From positions 480,001 through 544,000 of the forward strand of contig JBBCJC010000001.1 in the NCBI GenBank assembly GCA_037189525.1: 64,000 nucleotides of DNA. The letters run 5' to 3'. The DNA is from Gemmatimonadales bacterium (GTDB lineage: Bacteria; Gemmatimonadota; Gemmatimonadetes; Gemmatimonadales; GWC2-71-9). Below the pieces are notes generated by a model. That model made no database searches and was not told the DNA's origin. It saw nothing but the letters and a program-made list of their open reading frames with translations. Positions 40,036 to 48,630 of this stretch are shown here, one piece after another (the first letter of the stretch is position 1; each line of letters starts with the position of its first letter). Position numbers and translations under genes: made by a program.

Positions 40036-42746
40036 TACGACTCCTCACCTACGTTACCAGAAGTATTCTTCTCAGACAGAATATCGTCGTACGTGCGGTC
40101 GTACTCGATGTCTTCTCCCTCTTCATCAAATAATTGCATCTGATCACTTGGTACGCGTTTTACACTGAACCTATCCTTAAACAGATCAGGCTCCAAGAGA
40201 AGGAGGACAAAATCATCGCAAGTGAGTTGGACACTATCACGCTTTGACAGGGCGAGCGTGCAGTATGGCAGTAGCAGACGACGCAGGTACAGGCGCGGAA
40301 CAAAAGCCCCCCGAACGCTTTTCCCTCGACTATCTCGCATAAACAATCCATAGCGGATTAGATCGCGGTAAATTTCGCGCGCAAGGCCTTCAATCCTAAA
40401 ATCATCCACAATCTCAAGTCGAAATGCCATTCTCGGCACTTCACGGGGCACAGAACCTTCACGAATCGTGTAGGCAGGTCCAGCCAGCAATTGGGTTGCT
40501 GCGTCCACGAAAGCCTCCACTATCGCTTTTAGGTGGTCACCATAGTGACCTTGAAGTGCATACTGACCCCTAGCTTCGTTGAGGACCGCCAGTTCATGCT
40601 TGACAACATCGGGGCTGGTTGGCTCGTTTCGAGTATGTGAATTCAGCCACTCGCCACCTCGATTGCGAAACACACGGTCCTGAACGATGGGGTCTACAGG
40701 TGTCACGACGATCTCCTCACCTGGATGACGTGGCCCCTGATCAAGAACGTCGGTGATCAACTGGATCATTGTTCGCGTGTCGCCCGACCAAAGATTCGCG
40801 AACACGTCCTCGCCGTGGTAAAGTACGCGACCTCGCGACCGGCCCCGTCGCTGCGACTTCGCCGATACCGGGGGAGGCTCTGATGACGGTACCCCTTGGT
40901 GAGAAAGGCGGAGCCGACGAGCAAACTCTGTCTTGGTGATGCCGAGATCACCAAGCAAGCTTCGAAGATCTACCTCGCTATTCCGAACACGTGGATCTAT
41001 GCGAAGACGCCGAGAAAGTACCTCTCGAAGGAAAGCAAGTCGATCAGTGTCAGCAAGAAATAGGGACTCTTCTCCCATGTCGACAAGCTGGTAATCATCA
41101 CCGTCCTGTAGCTGCTTTCCGCTGGAGTCCTCCGGCACGAAGGTACTCCACGCTTCAGTGGCCACCTTTGCAAGAAAATCAGGCGATCGCTGCAAAAAGA
41201 GGCGATTCAGGACGCGTTGCATCGAGAGTGGTATTCTCGGAGTAGAAAAATCGTCAACGAACAACAACGCGGATCTATCGTTCATCCACGGGCAGCAGCC
41301 TCGTACCTGCTGGACAAAACGGGGGAGCCAGCGGTGCTGCGACATTTCACTCAAGCCGGGAAACAAGGGTCCTTCGGCGTCCGGAAAGCTCCACTTGATC
41401 TCTTCGAGAACAGCACGATATCGCTCAAGCCGATCCTCACCGACAACAAGTGCTTGGAACGTCTGCGGGACAAGCCATCGATGGACAAGGTCTAAAAGGG
41501 CTTCTGGCGGCGGGTCCCTAAAGCGGCCAGCACGCGCGGACTGAACTGTGAGCAAATCGCCGAGGACACAAAGGTTCGCATAGCAGGTTAACCTGGCCTG
41601 ATCTTCGACGCTTGGAACCTCTGGATAATTAGCGAATGCGTCCGCAAAATCGTTCGCATTCACATACAAAGCAACGAATCGGTCCGGAAGGTCGGCGACC
41701 TGTCCGCATTCTACTATCAGGCGTTCACTCAGCCGCCTGAACAGCATCGTCTTTCCGCATCCACGCGGACCAGTGACAACGGTTGGTATGTCAAGCGCAA
41801 GAATCTTTGACCGAGCTGGCACTGTTGGAACAAACAGCCGTCGCCACCAATCCCACCGTTCCCCTATCATTTCGCTTACTTGGAACTGGCCTACGGTTGG
41901 TTTCTCGTCCCCTGTCTGAACACCCTCAATTGCATCTGGACCAAGATTTCGATTTGCATGCCCATTCGTAGCTTGCGCCGAACGCTTGATATCCGCCAGA
42001 TGCCTGAGCAAGTCAAGTGGCTTTCGTCGCTCAGGGCCGGTTCCATCCCGCAGAAGCTTGCCAAGGTCTCGCTGCATCGAACGGAGGATGTGACGATGTG
42101 TGGGCGTCGCGACCGCATGATTCACGCGAGCGATGATACCGTCGATTATTCGCGCGAGACCATGGTAGTCGTCTTTGAGCTCAACAGCACCGCCCGTAAC
42201 ACCGTACCCGAAATCGGAGACATAAATCTCCGCACGCGGCCGTAAGGTATCGTCAAGCAGTGCCTCAGTTGGAGTACCAATGAGAATATTTCCCGAGTGC
42301 AAATCGCCATGACGCGGCACCCCCTTCACCTCACAAGCGTGCAGCACTCGCAGGATCCGCTCAACAACAGCGAGCAGGAATCCGGCGTCTACGGTACGGA
42401 CCCTTTGGAGGTACTGTGCGAGATTTTCCCCGGGCGGAACGAAATCCCAGACCGTATATTGGCATAGGTGAGTGCTACCCCCAAGGGATATACTTGCTGG
42501 CCCAAGGTCATGGAAGTGTACAACGCCGTCAACGCGATCTAAGCTGGTGACTTTCCTAAGCTCGGCTTCCCACCCACTCTTTAGACTGAAGGTTAATTTT
42601 ACAGCTCGAATAGCGTCTGGAAATTTCTCAAGGGAAGCTCGGTAGACGTAACCAATCTTACCTGCACCGATGAATTCGTGCAGCACCAAATTTCCCACAC
42701 TTTGGCCGCTCAAGTTACGGCACCAGTCGTCAGGAGGCCGAGACAT
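40035..42746 (-). CDS. Protein kinase fused to P-loop ATPase (ORC/CDC6-like or STAND)
   Basis: Kinase IGAGKIGYVY, RAVK, HGDLHSGN, DFG; Walker A GPRGCGKT; Walker B LLFVDD. Confidence 0.85.
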   Translation of the reverse strand: MSRPPDDWCRNLSGQSVGNLVLHEFIGAGKIGYVYRASLEKFPDAIRAVKLTFSLKSGWEAELRKVTSLDRVDGVVHFHDLGPASISLGGSTHLCQYTVWDFVPPGENLAQYLQRVRTVDAGFLLAVVERILRVLHACEVKGVPRHGDLHSGNILIGTPTEALLDDTLRPRAEIYVSDFGYGVTGGAVELKDDYHGLARIIDGIIARVNHAVATPTHRHILRSMQRDLGKLLRDGTGPERRKPLDLLRHLADIKRSAQATNGHANRNLGPDAIEGVQTGDEKPTVGQFQVSEMIGERWDWWRRLFVPTVPARSKILALDIPTVVTGPRGCGKTMLFRRLSERLIVECGQVADLPDRFVALYVNANDFADAFANYPEVPSVEDQARLTCYANLCVLGDLLTVQSARAGRFRDPPPEALLDLVHRWLVPQTFQALVVGEDRLERYRAVLEEIKWSFPDAEGPLFPGLSEMSQHRWLPRFVQQVRGCCPWMNDRSALLFVDDFSTPRIPLSMQRVLNRLFLQRSPDFLAKVATEAWSTFVPEDSSGKQLQDGDDYQLVDMGEESLFLADTDRLAFLREVLSRRLRIDPRVRNSEVDLRSLLGDLGITKTEFARRLRLSHQGVPSSEPPPVSAKSQRRGRSRGRVLYHGEDVFANLWSGDTRTMIQLITDVLDQGPRHPGEEIVVTPVDPIVQDRVFRNRGGEWLNSHTRNEPTSPDVVKHELAVLNEARGQYALQGHYGDHLKAIVEAFVDAATQLLAGPAYTIREGSVPREVPRMAFRLEIVDDFRIEGLAREIYRDLIRYGLFMRDSRGKSVRGAFVPRLYLRRLLLPYCTLALSKRDSVQLTCDDFVLLLLEPDLFKDRFSVKRVPSDQMQLFDEEGEDIEYDRTYDDILSEKNTSGNVGEES

Positions 42747-42752
42747 ACGCAG

Positions 42753-43898
42753 CTATCGCTTGTGGTAAATCAGCACAGTTTCGTGCTTTGTTCCACGGCA
42801 CTCGCGTCGGGAGCGCCGAATATCAGGAATACTGTCCTCGTAAGAGGACGTCAGGCGATAGTCCCTCAAACGCGGAGCATTTGCGAATACTTCTTGAACC
42901 AGCTCTGCCGTACGCACGGGCTGTGATACCCTACGTGTCACGTCTCCCACCACGAGCACGAAACAACCACCTGGTAGGATGTTCCCAGCAAACCTATCGC
43001 ATACAGCCCTGAGGAGGAGGCGAAACGCCTCGGCTCGACCATGGCCACTGAGTTCCAAACCCTTTGGCAGCGTCTTATTGATAAACCAAAGCCGAAGACG
43101 ATTGTCTCGGACGTAGTCCAACTCATTCATATAAGGCGGGCTCGTAATCACCGCGCGAATCCCGCGAACTCGCGGAAACTCGCGCGCATCGCCCGTAACC
43201 ACACGACGAGGCTCTAAGTACGGCGAGGGTTGCCGCCGAAATGTTCGGAGAATTTTCGCTTCCAACCTTGGGAGCACATCGCGGGGCTCGTACAGGTCTG
43301 GGTATTCTCCTCGCGGGAATTTCCGCTCGCGGAGGTAGGGCACCAAGTGACTACTTGGATATGACAAGAACCCGGGCCGCTGGTGATGTAGTATCCCTAG
43401 GAGGCTCGCCAGTAGAAACTCGTCACCTAGTCTCACACAGGCATCGCGAAACGCTAGTGCAGATCGAAGCGTTTCCGGATGGAAGAATCTTCGAACCCAA
43501 GGAGGGACCGTTCTAAGGTCCTGGTGGGCAAACCGATTTTGGGCAACTGTCCATGCATGATGGAGACGCTTCTGAGCCGCTGCTATAGATCGAGGGGGAA
43601 ACAGTTTGGCGCGAGTAAGTAGAACCGCGTACGGATTCCAGTCACCGACCACGACTCGACGCTGCAATGCTGCGGCTTCAAGAGCAACGACACCACACCC
43701 ACAAAAGGGATCAACAATCAAGTCTCCCCTTGCCGTTTGCGAACTGATTAACTCACGCGCCATCGACGTTTTCATCCGGCCGATGTATGGTGCGAGTTGA
43801 TGTAGGCTAATGTCGGTTGCTGTGGTCGAGCCCCTTGACCATGGAACCTGACGCATGACGCTACCAAGTTTTGGTGCCGCGGGTTTCCGTTTGGGCAA
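42753..43898 (-). CDS. DNA amino-methyltransferase (N4-C/N6-A, alpha motif order)
   Basis: HQLAPYIGRMK, DPFCGCG (motif I), DWNPYA, ITSPPY (motif IV), LVVGD; TTG start at 43898 or ATG at 43856. Confidence 0.88.
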   Translation of the reverse strand: MPKRKPAAPKLGSVMRQVPWSRGSTTATDISLHQLAPYIGRMKTSMARELISSQTARGDLIVDPFCGCGVVALEAAALQRRVVVGDWNPYAVLLTRAKLFPPRSIAAAQKRLHHAWTVAQNRFAHQDLRTVPPWVRRFFHPETLRSALAFRDACVRLGDEFLLASLLGILHHQRPGFLSYPSSHLVPYLRERKFPRGEYPDLYEPRDVLPRLEAKILRTFRRQPSPYLEPRRVVTGDAREFPRVRGIRAVITSPPYMNELDYVRDNRLRLWFINKTLPKGLELSGHGRAEAFRLLLRAVCDRFAGNILPGGCFVLVVGDVTRRVSQPVRTAELVQEVFANAPRLRDYRLTSSYEDSIPDIRRSRRECRGTKHETVLIYHKR

Positions 43899-44277
43899 TT
43901 GAACCCCAATGTAGAGTGCGGCGGTTCGAGTTCATCGGACTCGCATGGACGCCGAAAAGCTGTCGCTTAAGTAATTGCTACCATTGACGATACGACGACA
44001 ACCCCCTTTTCGCCACCCTCGCCCGATGCAGCCTGTTGACCCCGTTCTGATAGCCATCTGAGTGGCTCGATCCTCCTCCAATCGTCCTGTAACCACGACG
44101 ATGATGCGATTGCGGCGCCGGCGCCGCTCTTGCCAAGCAGCGCCAACGTCTAAACAGCTGCGGGGAGCTCCGCCGAAACCTCATCAGAGAGGCGAGACGC
44201 TGGCGACACACAGGAGGCACTCGCGATCTACTCCGTCCATAGCGACCACCGCGTGGTATGGGTCGAATAGCCTCACC

Positions 44278-44464
44278 CCTTGAAATCGGCGCGGATGGCG
44301 TCGAGCACGTGGGCGGACACCTGTTTGAGCCGGCCCGCGATGGTCGCGAACGGTGAGATCACCACCGGCGTCGGCGTCGCCTCCTGGCACGGGTCGCCGT
44401 CATTGGGGGGCTCATCGGAAAGGGGTTTCCTTTGACGCGGAGAACCACGAAGCGAGGGCTCACC
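44278..44464 (-). pseudogene. Internally deleted remnant of a paralogue of the 4388-7102 lipoprotein
   Basis: 44278-44384 matches 5215-5321 and 44385-44464 matches about 7084-7165, including the start codon. Confidence 0.8.
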
Positions 44465-44540
44465 GGCCCGTCCAGGTCCGGCCATCCGCTTCGGGAAGGG
44501 CTCTCGAGTTCTTGGCTGCCCCGCCCTCCCCGCTTTGCCG

Positions 44541-45716
44541 CTACCCGGCCGGTCGTGCTTTCCAGGCGGCCAAAATCTCGGCCTCACGTTTCATTTGCTG
44601 ATCCATCGACGCTGGACCAGTCAGGCCGGCGCCCCTGAGGCCGCCACGCATGGCGCTCCGACGCTCCTCCGGTTGTTCCTTCCACCACGCCAGGGTGTCA
44701 CGGACAGTGTCGGCAAATGGCCGGAATGCCATGCCATTGGCGAAACAGCGTACCGGTGAGAGGCGGGCGAGGCCGTGGTAGGGGCCTTCTTGATCGACCC
44801 ATGGCATCAGGCTGACCGGCGGGACGCCTGATTCCGCCAGGAACGGCCCGGGTACCCAGGTCAGCTCTGGCTGCGCACCGATCGCGGCGGCGATGCCCTC
44901 GAGCATCTGGCCCATTGTCATGCCGTCTTTGGGCCCGATGGCATGGAAGGTATTGGTCAGCCGCTGTTCCACGCAGTGGAGACTGAAATCGGCGAGATCG
45001 CGCGCGTCGACGTACTGGACCGGATCGCCCGCGCTGCCAAAGGCCATCATCTCCCCGCCGCGGTCGATCCGGGCCGGGTAGTAGGTGAAACGGTCAGTGC
45101 CGTCACCAGGGCCTACGATCAGCCCCGGTCGGGTGATGGTGTAGCGGCCAGGGAATGCGGCCCGAACTTCCTCCTCGCAGGCCCCCTTGAGCTGCCCGTA
45201 ATACCGGCCCACTTCCTCCGAGCCCGGCTCCGGGAGTTCAGCTACCTGCGCATCTTCGTCGATGAAGCCCTCGGGCCAGGCGTTCTCGAACATGGCTTTG
45301 TAGAGACCGGCCGTCGACGTGAACAGGTAGTGGTCCGCTGCATCCTTGAGGAGTTGGGCGGAGTCCCGCACGTGCCGCGGCACATAGCCTGAATTGTCGA
45401 GGACCACGTCCCAGCGGTGGCCTTCCAGCGCTTTGAGGTTGCCGTCACGATCGCCCTCGAGCTTCTCGACCTCTGGAAAGAGTTGCGGATTGGTCTTGCC
45501 ACGGTTGAAGATCGTCACCTCGTGCCCCCGATCGAGGGCAGAGCGCACCATGTGCGGGCCGAGGAATCCGGTGCCGCCGAGGATGAGGACCTTGAGCGGT
45601 TTTGCGGAGTCTTTGCCGGCGCAGGACGACAGTGCAGGCAAGAGCGACATTGCCCCTGCGGCGGCAACCGAGGCGCGTACGAATTCTCGCCGGTTGGGAA
45701 CTCTTGGAGTATGCAT
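44541..45716 (-). CDS. Tat-exported NAD-dependent epimerase/dehydratase
   Basis: NRREF twin-arginine signal, LILGGTGFLG, YGQLK (YxxxK), RPGLIVGPGD. Confidence 0.88.
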   Translation of the reverse strand: MHTPRVPNRREFVRASVAAAGAMSLLPALSSCAGKDSAKPLKVLILGGTGFLGPHMVRSALDRGHEVTIFNRGKTNPQLFPEVEKLEGDRDGNLKALEGHRWDVVLDNSGYVPRHVRDSAQLLKDAADHYLFTSTAGLYKAMFENAWPEGFIDEDAQVAELPEPGSEEVGRYYGQLKGACEEEVRAAFPGRYTITRPGLIVGPGDGTDRFTYYPARIDRGGEMMAFGSAGDPVQYVDARDLADFSLHCVEQRLTNTFHAIGPKDGMTMGQMLEGIAAAIGAQPELTWVPGPFLAESGVPPVSLMPWVDQEGPYHGLARLSPVRCFANGMAFRPFADTVRDTLAWWKEQPEERRSAMRGGLRGAGLTGPASMDQQMKREAEILAAWKARPAG

Positions 45717-45961
45717 CGGCTCTGCCTGTAGGGTTCGGGTGAGTCGGTGCCGCGGGAGGAGGGCGGCACTCACACGTCGGGTGGTGGCTGTCGGCGTTGA
45801 ATGTACTGCCTCATCGCTGAATTCACCTCAGCCGCGGCGGGCCGTGCCCCTATCCGGGATTCCGTACCCCCGCCCCCACACCCGGTTCCGCAGAATCGAG
45901 TTGCGGATCACGGGGTGCTGCCCCATGGTTGAGTGGAGAACGGATACCATGAGAGCCGAAA

Positions 45962-46897
45962 ATGAATCCGATGAGAGCTGGCGTCGCACTCCTCTGCACC
46001 TTTGCATCTGCGGTGCCGCCCGCGCGGGCGCAGGACGCTGCCGCGGTGGCCGAGGCAGTGGTCCAGACCGGAGATGTGGATCTGTTCTATCGGGTCTATG
46101 ACCGCGCCGGCGGGAAACCGTCGGCCGAACAGCTCCAGCACGAGTACCTAGACCGGGGCTCGGACGGGCTGCATCTGTTCGCCCGCCTGCGCGACATCTC
46201 CGGCGAACGGATCGCCGCAACCTTGAAGGCCAATCCTTCCCTGTATTCCGATGCCAAGCGTTGCCTGGACGTCCTGCCCGCGGCCCAGAAGCGCCTGGAG
46301 GCGGCGCTGCGCAACTTGGGACGCCTGTATCCGGCTGCGCGCTTCCCACCCGTGACCATCGCGATCGGTCGCGGCAAGCCGGTAGCGATAGGTGCGCCAG
46401 CTACCGGCATCCAGGTTGGACTCGAGGCGCTGTGCGCGACTGAATGGCTCAACGCCGACGTCGAAGACCGGATCGTCACCGTGCTCGCGCACGAGTACGT
46501 CCACGTCCAGCAGGTGGGCGCTCGCGAGCTGCGCGAGAAGGAAACGCCGACGGTGCTCGAGGTGTCGCTGCGCGAAGGCATCGCCGAGTTCGTCGGTGAG
46601 CTCATCGCCGGCGAGGTTGCCTATTCCCGGAATGCCGCCGCGGCTGTCGGGCGCGAGTTGGAGATCGAAACGCGCTTTGCCGCCGATCTCGACAAGACCG
46701 ATCTTTCGGACTGGGCCTACAATGCCACCCCCGCCACCCCCGGCGACCTCGGTTACTGGGCAGGCTACCGGATTGCCAAAGCCTACTACCAGCATGCGTC
46801 CGACAAGGTCCGCGCCGTGCGAGAGATCCTGGAGATGTCGGATCCGAAAGCGTTTCTGGCGCGGAGCGGCTGGTACCCGGGCATCGTGCTCAAATAG
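45962..46897 (+). CDS. Secreted putative Zn-protease (DUF2268-like)
   Basis: Signal peptide, HEYVH...EGIAEF, DLGYWAGYRI. Confidence 0.8.
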   Translation: MNPMRAGVALLCTFASAVPPARAQDAAAVAEAVVQTGDVDLFYRVYDRAGGKPSAEQLQHEYLDRGSDGLHLFARLRDISGERIAATLKANPSLYSDAKRCLDVLPAAQKRLEAALRNLGRLYPAARFPPVTIAIGRGKPVAIGAPATGIQVGLEALCATEWLNADVEDRIVTVLAHEYVHVQQVGARELREKETPTVLEVSLREGIAEFVGELIAGEVAYSRNAAAAVGRELEIETRFAADLDKTDLSDWAYNATPATPGDLGYWAGYRIAKAYYQHASDKVRAVREILEMSDPKAFLARSGWYPGIVLK

Positions 46898-46912
46898 ACA
46901 GTGGAGGCTTCA

Positions 46913-47551
46913 ATGCGATACCTGGCCCTTGTCGCAACGATCTCGAGCGGGCTTGGCGCCTGCGCTCCGGGGGACACTCCTCGCGACGCGCCGCCGGAAG
47001 GCGTGCCCGCCGCAGTTGGTGCCTCCTCTCCGCCCCTCGTGCCCGAAATCCGGTTCGACGATAGCGTCACGGTGCGGCTGGAGCTTCCGCCGCCAATGGC
47101 GCGCCTGCTCGCGGACTCCGCGCCTGGATTTGTACCTTGGTCGCTCGCGCACTACACACCAGATGTGCGCGGGTGGGCCGTCCCGAAGCCGCGGAGCGCG
47201 CTCTCAGTGGTCATCGGCGACTTCAATGGCGACAATGTCCTCGATGTGGTTGCCGACGGGTATGATCGCAGCCGCACACTGCAAATTGCGCTTGTTTCGG
47301 ATGCGGACGGATGGCTCTTCTTCACCTTGCACGCACTTCCGTTCGACACCGTTCCAGTCCCCGCGGCAAACCCGTATGCACGGTCGGGGGCGTACCTGAC
47401 CCTCGCACCTCCGGGGCGTTACGAAAGCGATTTCGAGGACGAACCGCTCGTGCTGAAGTCGGACGGATTCTATCAGGTGTACTTCGAGAAGGCTGCTGTG
47501 CTCAACTACTTTGACGGTCGAACGTTAGTCAGCTGGGTAGCAACAGACTGA
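46913..47551 (+). CDS. Hypothetical lipoprotein with an FG-GAP-like motif
   Basis: GGAGG RBS, lipobox LGAC, GDFNGDNVLD. Confidence 0.65.
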   Translation: MRYLALVATISSGLGACAPGDTPRDAPPEGVPAAVGASSPPLVPEIRFDDSVTVRLELPPPMARLLADSAPGFVPWSLAHYTPDVRGWAVPKPRSALSVVIGDFNGDNVLDVVADGYDRSRTLQIALVSDADGWLFFTLHALPFDTVPVPAANPYARSGAYLTLAPPGRYESDFEDEPLVLKSDGFYQVYFEKAAVLNYFDGRTLVSWVATD

Positions 47552-47733
47552 GCGACCTATACGACCGGAGGACTCGACTCCTGGACGGCGAACGTTACAA
47601 ATGGCGTCGGTACGCCCAACTACTCTTGGGAGCGCTACGGGTGCACATCACCTCGGCTGGTCGGTCAACCATCGCAAGCCAAATGGTCGGCGGATTCGGC
47701 TTCTGCTGATTCGAGCGTAGCTGGAGGCCTAAA

Positions 47734-48390
47734 ATGCGAGCATCGAGCGTAGTGTACCTGGGCGTGGCTGGACTAGTGGGACTCATCGGCGGTTGCGCAT
47801 CCGAGCCCGACTACCCACCTACTGTCATTGTGACCCCACGGGTCGACTACATTACGCTCGACTTCGCTCGGGTATCCGAGCACAGGCACCTCTTTGCTGA
47901 GCTTTGGTACCATATTGACGAGCCTCCCCTCGGACCAGACGAACTGACGAAGGCGCGGTTCGAGACATCTAACGGTGACCACGAAGAAGTGTGGGGTCCC
48001 GCAGAGCAGTTCCTTGTCACCCTAAAACCTGGCTACACGCTTGACTCCGTGAAGGATCGCATCGCGAGCGTCGGGCAGGTCACAGGCACCTTTCAAGGAG
48101 GGACAACATTCAGTGTCCACGTACTCCGTTTCGATATCGACCGTCGTGAGGCACATCGGATCCTGGCCTCCTGGAAGGAGGTAGCTGAGATCCGATACGA
48201 AAGGCGTGGAGACGTTTCGTTCCCTGGGAAGCAACCTCCGTATAGCTCATTTGTTGACATTCAAACGACTTCCAGCGGACAGCCAGGTGACTTCATGCTG
48301 CGCATTGCGCCTGGGGACACAGTATGGGTGACGTATCAGAACAAGGTCGGCGCCGCCGTCACGGGATGGGGCGTCGTGCCGCCCCAATAG
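47734..48390 (+). CDS. Hypothetical lipoprotein
   Basis: GGAGG RBS, hydrophobic signal ending IGGC. Confidence 0.65.
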   Translation: MRASSVVYLGVAGLVGLIGGCASEPDYPPTVIVTPRVDYITLDFARVSEHRHLFAELWYHIDEPPLGPDELTKARFETSNGDHEEVWGPAEQFLVTLKPGYTLDSVKDRIASVGQVTGTFQGGTTFSVHVLRFDIDRREAHRILASWKEVAEIRYERRGDVSFPGKQPPYSSFVDIQTTSSGQPGDFMLRIAPGDTVWVTYQNKVGAAVTGWGVVPPQ

Positions 48391-48630
48391 ACCGACGCCC
48401 GGCGACCGCGAGACTGACCATCTTCCAGAGCTCGTCCGAGCAGAGGCGTTTGACGTTCCGTTGACCACGGCCTGCTAGCCTAAACGACATGTGCACCTAT
48501 ACCGAACGGACAATGGCCGTGCCTTTCACCGGCCGGGACCGCCTGCCGCCGGCTTGGACCCGTCGCCACTTCAGCGCGGCTGCGCACCGGCGTCGACAAA
48601 GGGCAGCACCTCGACGTTCCGCTGCCTCCT

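Larger units (their letters stand above)
19177..44270. mobile_element. Defence island (approximate limits; no integrase seen)
   Basis: Mostly lower GC by eye than the flanks; almost only defence-type genes; gene remnant at right border. Confidence 0.6.

Noticed and set aside
44278..44384. DGR template/variable repeat pair with 5215-5321
   Set aside because: Mismatches are not adenine-specific on either strand and there is no reverse transcriptase in the window
46900..48630. Integron cassette array of small lipoprotein genes
   Set aside because: No paired RYYYAAC/GTTRRRY attC structures found and no integrase
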